The position numbers and the translations under genes are program-made. The notes beneath the pieces are model-generated. The model had not been told where the DNA came from. It searched no databases and saw only the letters and a program-made list of their open reading frames with translations. A DNA stretch of 34,494 nucleotides from a virus (Duplodnaviria > Caudoviricetes). Of the stretch, positions 1 through 8,900 are shown piece by piece. The DNA lies in IMG/VR virus record IMGVR_UViG_3300044267_005908, positions 1 through 34,494 of that record. One strand, written 5' to 3'. Position 1 is the stretch's first letter. Each line of letters begins with the position of its first letter.

Positions 1-101
1 TAAGCTACTCGGTGATGGGTCTTGCTAAACTTTTTATTTAAAGAGGCAGCAAGTATCCCTGTTAATTCATCTCTATTTGTGTCTTCTTTTTTCTTTGCCA
101 T
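1..101 (-). CDS. 5' fragment of a probable RecA/UvsX-like recombinase (runs off the window)
   Basis: Not in the ORF track. ATG at 99-101 overlaps the SSB stop (TAATG). Manual translation gives MAKKKEDTNRDELTGILAASLNKKFSKTHHRVA, which resembles the RecA N-terminal helix (L..aL..inKkF). It sits directly after a gp32-like gene. Only 33 codons are visible. Confidence 0.5.
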   Translation of the reverse strand, partial: MAKKKEDTNRDELTGILAASLNKKFSKTHHRVA

Positions 102-859
102 TAATCAAATAATTCATCAAGTTTACTATCTATGGTTTTTTTAGCTTTTGAAGGTGCTTCTACTTTTTCAGTTTCTTTACCTCCGTCATTTTCAGCTGGC
201 TTTAACCATCCTTGTAATTCGTCTTTCATTTCATCAAAAGAGTATTTCTTAAATAATTTAATTAATTCTTTTTGATTTTCTAAAAGAGATTCTACTGTTT
301 TAGCGTCTTCTACTAAAGATGTTTGATTAGGTTTAACTCTTACTGTTGTAGTGTTAAACATTTTACCAGTTTCTTTAGCGGGGATTACTTCTACATTAAT
401 ATCACGACCTTTTGAAATGTCTGTAATATCACCATAATCTTCATCTGACATAACGCCTAGTAATTCTTGATAAACCATTTTACCAAATTCCCAAAATCTA
501 ACTCCTTTATCTTCTTCTCCACGTACTACTACAGGAGCGAAAATTCTAAGTTTAGGGAATAATTTTTTAGCTAATTCAACATTGTCTTTTTCGCCTGTTT
601 TTCTTAATTGAGTAGCAAATTCCATAATTGGGTCTGATTCTTCGAAATTTGTTAATGCAATCATACGAGGCTTTCCAATGCCAAAATAGAAATATAACTC
701 ACTAAAAGGAAAATCCTTATTGTGTTTGTAAGGTACTAATCTTATTTGTGATTTTTCCCCTACGGGTGCTCTCCAAAAGTTAGCTTTAAAATCGCTACTT
801 TTGCCCTTGCCTGGGTTGTTTAATCTGTCTAAACGACTTTTAATTTTACTTAAATCCAT
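101..859 (-). CDS. gp32: T4 gp32-like single-stranded DNA-binding protein
   Basis: FWRAP..GEKSQIRLVPY, DPIMEF, VVVRGEEDKGVRFWEFGK and DITDISKGRDI match the gp32 DNA-binding fold pattern. It has an acidic C-terminal tip (LDELFD). Confidence 0.85.
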   Translation of the reverse strand: MDLSKIKSRLDRLNNPGKGKSSDFKANFWRAPVGEKSQIRLVPYKHNKDFPFSELYFYFGIGKPRMIALTNFEESDPIMEFATQLRKTGEKDNVELAKKLFPKLRIFAPVVVRGEEDKGVRFWEFGKMVYQELLGVMSDEDYGDITDISKGRDINVEVIPAKETGKMFNTTTVRVKPNQTSLVEDAKTVESLLENQKELIKLFKKYSFDEMKDELQGWLKPAENDGGKETEKVEAPSKAKKTIDSKLDELFD

Positions 860-904
860 ATTGATCTTATTTAAATATTATATAATAATTTTATACTTTA
901 CACG

Positions 905-935
905 ATTGTATAAAGCATTTCTTAGAAAACCAAAT
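905..935 (-). promoter_or_regulatory. Putative sigma70-type promoter for the SSB/RecA genes
   Basis: Minus strand reads ATTTGGTTTTCTAAGAAATGCTTTATACAAT, i.e. TTGGTT-17 nt-TACAAT. It aligns without gaps to the element upstream of the polymerase gene (4950-4980). Confidence 0.5.
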
Positions 936-951
936 TTTTATTGATTATTTT

Positions 952-2709
952 TTAGGTTTTTTTTATTCCAGCTCTTTTTTGTAGTATATCTTTCTCTGTA
1001 TCTACTATATCTACTGGGGCTTCTTTATCTGATGGTGGTAAAATATTTTTGTCTAATGTCGGTAAGGGTTGAGGGACTTCAGGACAACATGGACAACTTG
1101 AAGAATAATTTCCAGGACAACCATCACAAATAATTTGTTGATAATTAAGTTCTAATTGAAAGAAATTATTACATATATTTTCTTGTTCTATTGCTTCACA
1201 ACACTGTCCGTTATTTGTAAGTTGGGCTAATTGAGGATTAATACCAGTGCCACTTGTTTCTGGATTATTTATATTATAATAATATGCGTCACACCATTGT
1301 TGTTGTACTTCTATAGAATATGAGTAAAGTGTATCACAGGAATAGGTTGGATAAGTACATGAACCATCATCTTCTGTAGCATATTCATTATAATTATCAG
1401 CTATAGGATCTGTACACCCAGGATAATTGGTATACTCACATAAATCAGGATTACATAAAGGGCCTTCTGGACCATAATACATGATATATTTATTTACATC
1501 ACAAGTATTAGCTAAACATTCTAAACATCCCATGATATTCATACCGTAAGAATCTTCAACCCAATTATATCCTGAATAAGTAAGAGGGGAAGTATTAGGA
1601 GCCTCGTCTGACCAAGAAAACAATCCTCCCCAATCATAATCAATAGAACTATACCAATTATAATCGTAACATTCCTCATATTCTGGATCTTCAATACAAT
1701 ACCCATATGGTCCTCCTGTTAATCCGGGGATAGTATTTTGCAGATTTGGGGGAGCATCTATCATATACTGAGTAAGGACATTTATTTCATTGGGGTTTGG
1801 AGCTAAAGCTTGCCATCCTGGAGCATCCCAATCACAACATACTTCCCAAGTACAACTTCCTGCCGTGTCAAAAGTATTATACAAATCACCTGGAAATGTT
1901 GTAGATAAAGTTGTATCAGTATTAACATATGGATCATCAAATACTGATCCGTATTCACAACCTCCCTCTTCATTACATATACATTGACATATAGATGCAG
2001 GAACACAATAATTTCCTTCACATGTATATTCAGCGTTAACATTATTTTCTAAGAGACTTTCCATCTCTGCCCAACTAGAAATATTCTCTGGGTTAAGTCC
2101 TGATTCATAAAGTTCTGGTATTTCATTTTGGGTAAGATCAAAAAATTCTTGGAGAGAAGAAATCTCAGTCCATTGTACATCAAGATAGAACATACCTCCA
2201 TATACAGCAACATTATCAGCATTAAAATTATATTGGCCAAATTTTATATAATAAGTATAATAATCTACTTGACCTGTCATATTTTGATCATGAACTAAAC
2301 AGACTTCGCTGTAATTTGTGTTATCGAAAGGATCATCATCAAACCCAAAAGAACCCCCTCCAGAATAGTTACCTAATTCATCAAAATACTCAGAAGACAT
2401 ACTTCTTTCAAAAACATAATCAGAAAATACACAAGGTAATATGCCGTTTTGTAAACAATAATCCATTATTACTTTACCCCCCAAATCATCAAAAAATTGT
2501 GCTTCAGTAATAGGGCCTACACTAGCTACTACATTCGAACATCCTAATTGTCCATTACTTGTATTAGGTCCATCATATCCGGATCCCTGTATTCCCCATA
2601 AAATTCCTACAGCTAGAGTCGAATCAATTTGAGGATTATAATCCCCATCCCAAACATAGTCATCATCCTGTTCTCGAAGTATCTTTTTAGCTATTTTATG
2701 TAGTTTCAT
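952..2709 (-). CDS. Cys-rich acidic protein with a GCTDPxAxNY..ATxDDGSC repeat; candidate head-packaged protein
   Basis: 585-aa ORF. N-terminus MKLHKIAKKILRE, very D/E/Y/C-rich body, one GCTDPIADNYNEYATEDDGSCTY unit, C-terminus ILQKRAGIKKT. Confidence 0.7.
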   Translation of the reverse strand: MKLHKIAKKILREQDDDYVWDGDYNPQIDSTLAVGILWGIQGSGYDGPNTSNGQLGCSNVVASVGPITEAQFFDDLGGKVIMDYCLQNGILPCVFSDYVFERSMSSEYFDELGNYSGGGSFGFDDDPFDNTNYSEVCLVHDQNMTGQVDYYTYYIKFGQYNFNADNVAVYGGMFYLDVQWTEISSLQEFFDLTQNEIPELYESGLNPENISSWAEMESLLENNVNAEYTCEGNYCVPASICQCICNEEGGCEYGSVFDDPYVNTDTTLSTTFPGDLYNTFDTAGSCTWEVCCDWDAPGWQALAPNPNEINVLTQYMIDAPPNLQNTIPGLTGGPYGYCIEDPEYEECYDYNWYSSIDYDWGGLFSWSDEAPNTSPLTYSGYNWVEDSYGMNIMGCLECLANTCDVNKYIMYYGPEGPLCNPDLCEYTNYPGCTDPIADNYNEYATEDDGSCTYPTYSCDTLYSYSIEVQQQWCDAYYYNINNPETSGTGINPQLAQLTNNGQCCEAIEQENICNNFFQLELNYQQIICDGCPGNYSSSCPCCPEVPQPLPTLDKNILPPSDKEAPVDIVDTEKDILQKRAGIKKT

Positions 2710-3209
2710 TTTAATCCTGCTAGTTTTTGGAGTCTTTTTATAACTGATTCTTTTAATTCAGGTTTCTTAGATTTTTTATTTAAAGGTTTTTTACCTTTAT
2801 CAGGTAAAGCCATTCCTTCAGGGTCGGGTTGACCCGCAGGACAACATCCACAATGTTGTTCAAATTCTGAACCTACCCAAGAGTTAGTTTCACATTTAGT
2901 ACAAAAAGCACTAACACTAACAGGAATAGAATTTTCAAAATTATCACAAATATCTTCTTCTTCTGGTTGACCACAATTAACAATCTGATCCCATGTATTG
3001 TCTGTAGTTCCTCCTATATATCCTACCTGCCAAGATTCATCACCCCATTGAACTGTAAAATCACAATATGTACCTTCAGGGGCTCCAGGGACTTGACCAT
3101 TTGATAAATTATCAGCAGGGCCACTAAGTAAAGTACCTGCGGGGATTGTATTAAAATCATCTGTCATACATGCATAACATGTAACTTCATTTTGTTCGTT
3201 TAATTTCAT
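2706..3209 (-). CDS. Small Cys-rich acidic protein, partial paralogue of 952..2709
   Basis: 167-aa ORF coupled by ATGA overlaps at both ends. It shares the E..IC.NF...C..C...C.CCP..QP.P module and ends RLQKLAGLK. Confidence 0.7.
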   Translation of the reverse strand: MKLNEQNEVTCYACMTDDFNTIPAGTLLSGPADNLSNGQVPGAPEGTYCDFTVQWGDESWQVGYIGGTTDNTWDQIVNCGQPEEEDICDNFENSIPVSVSAFCTKCETNSWVGSEFEQHCGCCPAGQPDPEGMALPDKGKKPLNKKSKKPELKESVIKRLQKLAGLK

Positions 3210-3601
3210 CTTAAATTAATTATTTCCTTAATTTTTGTATCTATTTTTTTATATCCATCTGCTTGTACTAATAAAATACAATTTCGATAGTCGTCCCAAT
3301 TTATAGAGTAAGATTTATCTAATACTCCATTATTTAAACTCTTTATTAACTCATTTAAAGCATTTATAGTATAAAGAGTATTTGTTTGTTTTTTACGGTG
3401 AACTAAAATTGTATTACCAATTGCAAATTCACCATTTGAATTACCCAAATCAACATTATATGTAAGCATAACTTTCTCTCCGTCTAAACTTTCTAAAACA
3501 AAAATCTTATCAAAAAGAACTTTGTAAGAAGATTGTATCCTTTCAGATACTTCTTTTACTTCGTCAGGTTCAACGAACGTACAATATAAACGATTATTCA
3601 T
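3206..3601 (-). CDS. Phage hypothetical protein
   Basis: 131-aa ORF with globular composition (LYCTF, TYNVD, NTILVHRKKQTNTLYTINALN), preceded by the ATATTTAT motif. No function recognised. Confidence 0.7.
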   Translation of the reverse strand: MNNRLYCTFVEPDEVKEVSERIQSSYKVLFDKIFVLESLDGEKVMLTYNVDLGNSNGEFAIGNTILVHRKKQTNTLYTINALNELIKSLNNGVLDKSYSINWDDYRNCILLVQADGYKKIDTKIKEIINLR

Positions 3602-3622
3602 GAATCATTGGGTTGTTCTGTG

Positions 3623-3631
3623 TATAAATAT
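3623..3631 (-). promoter_or_regulatory. ATAT[T/G]TAT putative late promoter
   Basis: Minus strand ATATTTATA about 22 nt upstream of the ORF starting at 3601; one of 13 intergenic copies. Confidence 0.55.
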
Positions 3632-4944
3632 TAAACTTTACACAAAGCACCATAGTGTTTTCCCCTTTTTATGCTTATTGGGAAATCAGACATAACTATG
3701 TTTTTTAATATACCAAAAATAGCATCATATTCGTCCTCACAAAAATCAAAAACAAACGCATCGTAATTATATAAAACCACATTAGTTTTATAATCTTTTA
3801 AAAATCCATTTAAAGTCTTTAATATTTCAAAATTATGACCTGTTTCTTTAGCTTGTATTAAATAATTAAATAATTGATATTTTGTTATGTCAGGAAAATT
3901 TTCTTTAGTAATTTTTCTAAATAAACCATTTACTACAAACCCTTCTTCTTGAAATTTTTTCCATTGTTTATCTGTATAATCTTGTATACCTCTAAAGAAA
4001 GGGTGTTTTAAGTATTGTGTAAAAACACCTCCATATATTTGTCTAAAAGTTAAAACTTTACTTTCTTTATATTGTTCAGGTGTAGGAGTCTCAGTTGCAA
4101 AGTATACTTTAGCTAATTCATTGTATGGATAGTCTTTAAAATTATATCCTATCATTTTTGCTATTAAATGAGGATGAAAACTATCATAATCCATTTCTAC
4201 AAAATAATCATTTTTAGGTGTAAAACAATCACGTTCTCCATTATCGTGTTTTAGACCTACAAAATTTATCCCATTAAAACTATTTACAGGTCGTCCTGTT
4301 GTTGTATATGGATTATACCATCCGTATATATTATTATCTTTTATAGAATGTTTTTTAGATTTTGGTTTATGATAATCGTCAAATTTATCATTAATTTGTA
4401 GTGAATTTTTTTCTAAAAAATATAAATTAGGTATAACATCTTTTTCAAACCAATCACCCACATGAACTTGAAACCACGGCGTAAGCGCATGTTTTCTTTC
4501 TTGGCAACGCTCGTAGTGTTTCCCAATAGGTACCATTTTATTTACCTTTGTCTGCGGGAATTTACGGTAAAAATACGTGTGAGCTTGTGTATCAAATTCG
4601 TCTGGGAATGGCTCATTTTTTGTGTAATAATATTTGTATTGTATATCCGTATAAGATTTTAAAGGGTTCGCATGTAAAGCGGCTTTTTTATCTAAGACAA
4701 AAAGGTTTTTAAATGATTTTATATAGTTAAATACCTTATCTTTTGGTAAATTTATACATTCTGGATGATTAATAGGTAAAATATAACCTTTATCCTCATA
4801 CAACTCAGAAACGTAGATACCAATGATTTCTGCAAGAGCGGGGTGGGTATTGTCATTGCCATAAATATAGTCTATATAGCATGATCCTGCGATTTTACTT
4901 TGCAGTACTTTAAATTGTGCATCTGTTTCTATAAGGTAAAACAT
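3631..4944 (-). CDS. Divergent, short family A DNA polymerase homologue
   Basis: TTTGRP (motif 2), FVEMDYDSFHP (motif A), YKESKVLTFRQIYGG (motif B), FNYLIQ, and VLYNYDAFVFD (motif C). The N-terminal region looks like a degenerate 3'-5' exonuclease. Confidence 0.8.
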   Translation of the reverse strand: MFYLIETDAQFKVLQSKIAGSCYIDYIYGNDNTHPALAEIIGIYVSELYEDKGYILPINHPECINLPKDKVFNYIKSFKNLFVLDKKAALHANPLKSYTDIQYKYYYTKNEPFPDEFDTQAHTYFYRKFPQTKVNKMVPIGKHYERCQERKHALTPWFQVHVGDWFEKDVIPNLYFLEKNSLQINDKFDDYHKPKSKKHSIKDNNIYGWYNPYTTTGRPVNSFNGINFVGLKHDNGERDCFTPKNDYFVEMDYDSFHPHLIAKMIGYNFKDYPYNELAKVYFATETPTPEQYKESKVLTFRQIYGGVFTQYLKHPFFRGIQDYTDKQWKKFQEEGFVVNGLFRKITKENFPDITKYQLFNYLIQAKETGHNFEILKTLNGFLKDYKTNVVLYNYDAFVFDFCEDEYDAIFGILKNIVMSDFPISIKRGKHYGALCKV

Positions 4945-4949
4945 ACCTT

Positions 4950-4980
4950 AATGTATGTAAATTTTTTTTGATATCCTAAT
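4950..4980 (-). promoter_or_regulatory. Putative sigma70-type promoter for the PolA-like gene
   Basis: Minus strand reads ATTAGGATATCAAAAAAAATTTACATACATT, i.e. TAGGAT-17 nt-TACATT, with the same spacing as 905-935. Confidence 0.45.
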
Positions 4981-4981
4981 T

Positions 4982-5914
4982 TTATATACAGTTTTGAGAA
5001 GCTTCTAATTCACCAGTGTACCAATCTTTAGGACATCCTTTATATTTAGGGTATTTAAAGCTTACTATATTACTGTATCCATTTACCATCTTACATTGAT
5101 AACATATTAATTTAGAATAGTTTTCTATGAATTTTGAATATGTGTCATTATTAATTGAGGGTAATTGATTAGTATAAAATAAACGAGAATGATTTTGGTC
5201 TGTATGAGTAGCTCCTTCCATAGGTCCTTCTAAAGGGTGAATATGGTACGCCCCTATATATTCATCTCCATTTACAAAATATAATTCTCCTCCATCTGTA
5301 TTTAGGTTTTCTTGGAGTCTTTCATTAATGTCTTGTAGTTGATATTCATTTAATACAGGGAAAATAGTTATTAAATTAGGGAATTTTTTTGCTACTAGTT
5401 GTATAGAATGAGAATTATTTTTATGTACTTCACCTCTAAGATACCAATTTATAAAACCAAATTCATATAAATTATGATCATATAAACCTATTTTACTTTT
5501 TAAACTACGATATACTCCTTTATTTACTTCTATATAATGATTTCCATTTATTCTCCTTACAAAATATCTTCTAAAAAAACCTTTAACATAATCATCTGGT
5601 TTAGGATGGGGTTTACTATTAGGAGGAGTTTTTGTACCAATAATGTATTTTTTAATATTTTCTTTTAATACATTATATTTATTTATTCTCCCTACAGCAT
5701 TAATTTTTTTACCGCTAATCCCTGAATTACTTTTATATAATCTACTAGCATATTCTAGTTCAGGACCTACATTAATATTCTCATGACCAGCAAATACTTT
5801 ACCATCATGTGTTTGAATATAATTTCCTTTATAAGGGTTACCTGATTGTTTATATACTAATTCGCCTTCATTAGCATATTTTTTAATTATTTTGGATTTA
5901 GGTATATAAGGCAT
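4982..5914 (-). CDS. Hypothetical protein, probably baseplate/tail-tip associated
   Basis: 310-aa ORF directly after the hub gene. It has two copies of a GEL....G..Y.G.Y....G module and a C-terminal Cys motif (CYQC...GCP..W...C). Confidence 0.65.
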   Translation of the reverse strand: MPYIPKSKIIKKYANEGELVYKQSGNPYKGNYIQTHDGKVFAGHENINVGPELEYASRLYKSNSGISGKKINAVGRINKYNVLKENIKKYIIGTKTPPNSKPHPKPDDYVKGFFRRYFVRRINGNHYIEVNKGVYRSLKSKIGLYDHNLYEFGFINWYLRGEVHKNNSHSIQLVAKKFPNLITIFPVLNEYQLQDINERLQENLNTDGGELYFVNGDEYIGAYHIHPLEGPMEGATHTDQNHSRLFYTNQLPSINNDTYSKFIENYSKLICYQCKMVNGYSNIVSFKYPKYKGCPKDWYTGELEASQNCI

Positions 5915-5936
5915 ATTTATATATTTTTTATTTTTT

Positions 5937-8900
5937 TTACCAGTTGGCTCCTTGTGAGTTCACTATAAGATAATCTCTTGTAAAGGTTACATCATGGAAT
6001 CTTAAATGATAGTGAGGAGCTGTAGCAGGCCCACTAGGGTCTGTATATTCATTTTTATAACTAGTTAAAACCCCCATCTCTACAAGCTTATCAAATACTT
6101 GATCAAGACCCTCTAATATACCTAAATCTACATCAGCAAATGAAGATTCTGTACCTGGTGCTATTTTAGAAGAATCCCAATCTCCATTCCATATTCTTCG
6201 TTTTCCTCCTGGTGCATTTCCCCAATAAATAACAATATCTAAAGCTTCTCCTTGATTATGTTTACTATTTAAACCTTCATGCATTAGATCACGTCCTGAA
6301 GTTACAACAAAAGTAATTTTTTCTGAACTAAGTGGAACAAGAAATCTATGTGACATAGAATACAAATCAAAATATGATTTAAAATTTGTATCACCTGCAC
6401 CATCAACTCCTAAATTCCACATAGTTTTTAAACCATCCACTTTTGAATTTGTTAATTTATCATCTTGGGCTGTCATAAAATAATAAAATAAACAAAATCC
6501 TACTGCTGATCCTTCTGTTATGTCTAATCCTCTTCTATTACTAGTTAATTCATCAGTAGCCATCCCCCAATCTCTTTGAAATTCTTTTCCTGTATTTTTC
6601 TTTATACTAAAATAATTACCGTCTGAATGTTGATCTATAGATCTTATTAGATCAGCATTTGGTTGTTCTGGTTTAGTTAATTGTTTAATTTTCCAATCAT
6701 CTCTTGATGATTCACCTTGTCTTGTATTTCTACCATCCCCATTATTAGGATTAGTATCTAAAAGTACTAACTGACCCGTGACATCTACAGTCCAATCTTG
6801 GGTATTAGTTATTTTATGTTGTTCTGATTTTATTATAAAGGCAACATCATCTCTATTATAAGCCATAGGTAATCTTTTTGCATCTATTTTAAATAACCTT
6901 AAGGGTTCCATACCCGCCATTCCATCCATTTTATAACTAAATTGTAAAGGAATAATAGGACTAACTTGTTGAGTAGTACCTTCTCTCCAATATCCTGCTC
7001 TTGGGTGTTCTAAAGGATATCTATTTAAAATAGATGCTCTTGACTCTGCTATATCTTGAGCTAAAGCTATAGCCCCTGTTGTGTTTATTAAGGGGACATC
7101 AAGAGTTGCTTCTCCACTAGTAATTACCCAATGCCCCATATTTAATTTATATAGATAAAAATTTAAACTATCTGTTTTTCTAATGAAACTTTTTATATCA
7201 TTTTCTAAATCTTCTCTCATCATTTCTCTTTCTTTTTCAGTATCTTCATCCTCTCCTATAGCGAATCTACTTGTAATATTTTTATTAAATGATTTAAAAG
7301 ACAAAGCATCTAATGAGTTAGCGTCTTTGGGGGCTTGAGCTGCTATAGATATAGCAGAAGCCATGTCAGCTGATATTTTAGAATCATAAAAGAATTGTCG
7401 AGTTACTGATCTTAACCCATGAGGTTCAAATTTGTATAATTCATTTTTTTTAGGAGCCCCTGAAACATGTAAGTCTATTATTCTACATTTATTTGGTCTT
7501 TCATGTTCTGTTACTAATCTAAAGTTATAATGACCTGCACAGGAATCATTTACTCCTTTCCATATTTCTTTTACAAATTCAAGTATATTAAATCCTCTAT
7601 TTAAGGTCATAAGATTATTATAATTATCTGAAGATTTTCTTGTAAATCTCATATCTTCATATGTTTTAAGTAAATAATCTAAATTAAAGTATATTAACCC
7701 AACAGAATTTCTAGCTTGTTTTTGTTGATCATTTCTTTTAAGTTTATAAGAACATAAACCAAAAGTATGAGCATCTTCTTCTTCTGTTCTAGATCTATTA
7801 GCATCTCCTTCTTGAGAATCTTCAAACTCAGGATCATATTTAACCATACCTTGTACATGCATATTAAAAAATATAGGCATATGAGGCATTAAACATATTT
7901 GACTATTAAAGCTTGATCCTATATGATGATGAAAAATTCCTGTAGTAGTATTAGCATAATCTGTACCTGATAAATCGGATCTATTCATAGTATTATATCC
8001 TGATAATTGGTGGTCTATTGTTCCTTCGAATGAATCATCAACATGTCCCCAAAAATTAATTGAAGATATAGGATCTGAGTCTAGAATTTTAGGAACAGAA
8101 TATCTTAAATAGAATTTGTCTCCTTGATATTTTGTTGTAAGTCCCTTTGATGGGTGACGATTTGTCCACACATCTTGGTTAGGGGTCATATAAGTAAATT
8201 CCATATGGGGAGATTTTAATCCTCCATTTATTTGTAAAAATTCTGATATAGAATCATATTTATCATGTTTATAAGTGGTTAAATGATTTAACATTTGACA
8301 TATTAAATCCCATCTAACAAATATATTTTTACGATAACCTGAATCTTTTAAAGCACCCAATTGACCCCCTTCATCTTCTTGATAATATGTTTCTTTATAT
8401 TTAGATACTTGTTTAACAATAGTACCACCTAACATAGCTTCAAGTCCTTCTCCTATAGTAGGATCAAAACCAAAAGGAGTTTCATATACAGTACCATCAG
8501 CTTTTGTTATTGAACTTTCTCCTTCTTCAGGAAGAACATCAGTAATTTTATTTATCCATTTATATAAAGCTATTATATCCATCACTCCTGCTGTATAATG
8601 TTGTGATTGGATTAATTCTTTTTGTGCTGCTTCTCCTATTTTACTAACAATAATATCATGAATTATTTCTTCTGCTTGTTGAACTTTAGCGTATAATTTT
8701 TCATCTTTATAATGAGCATATCCTGGGTTTTTATCATCATATTCTCCATGAGAATATACTCCATTTTTTTGATCTCTTGGTAAGTATGTGTATTCTAATC
8801 CGGGTTTTCCATTTTTTATTACTGCTAAAGGGTATTGGGTGTTTAGTTTATTTGCTCCATTTGTTTTATCCCATCTATAGTAAGATTCAAGACCATCTGT

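Noticed and set aside
1790-2510. Short ORFs 1790..1987 (+), 1803..2042 (-), 2049..2240 (-) and 2316..2510 (+)
   Set aside because: They are nested in the 585-aa gene, have no recognisable motifs, and look like shadow or alternative-frame ORFs.
5914-5921. TATAAATA in true T4 late-promoter orientation
   Set aside because: It overlaps the A of the start codon, leaving no room for a start site. The only other intergenic copy I noticed (13070-13077) is half of a palindrome with the reverse motif.
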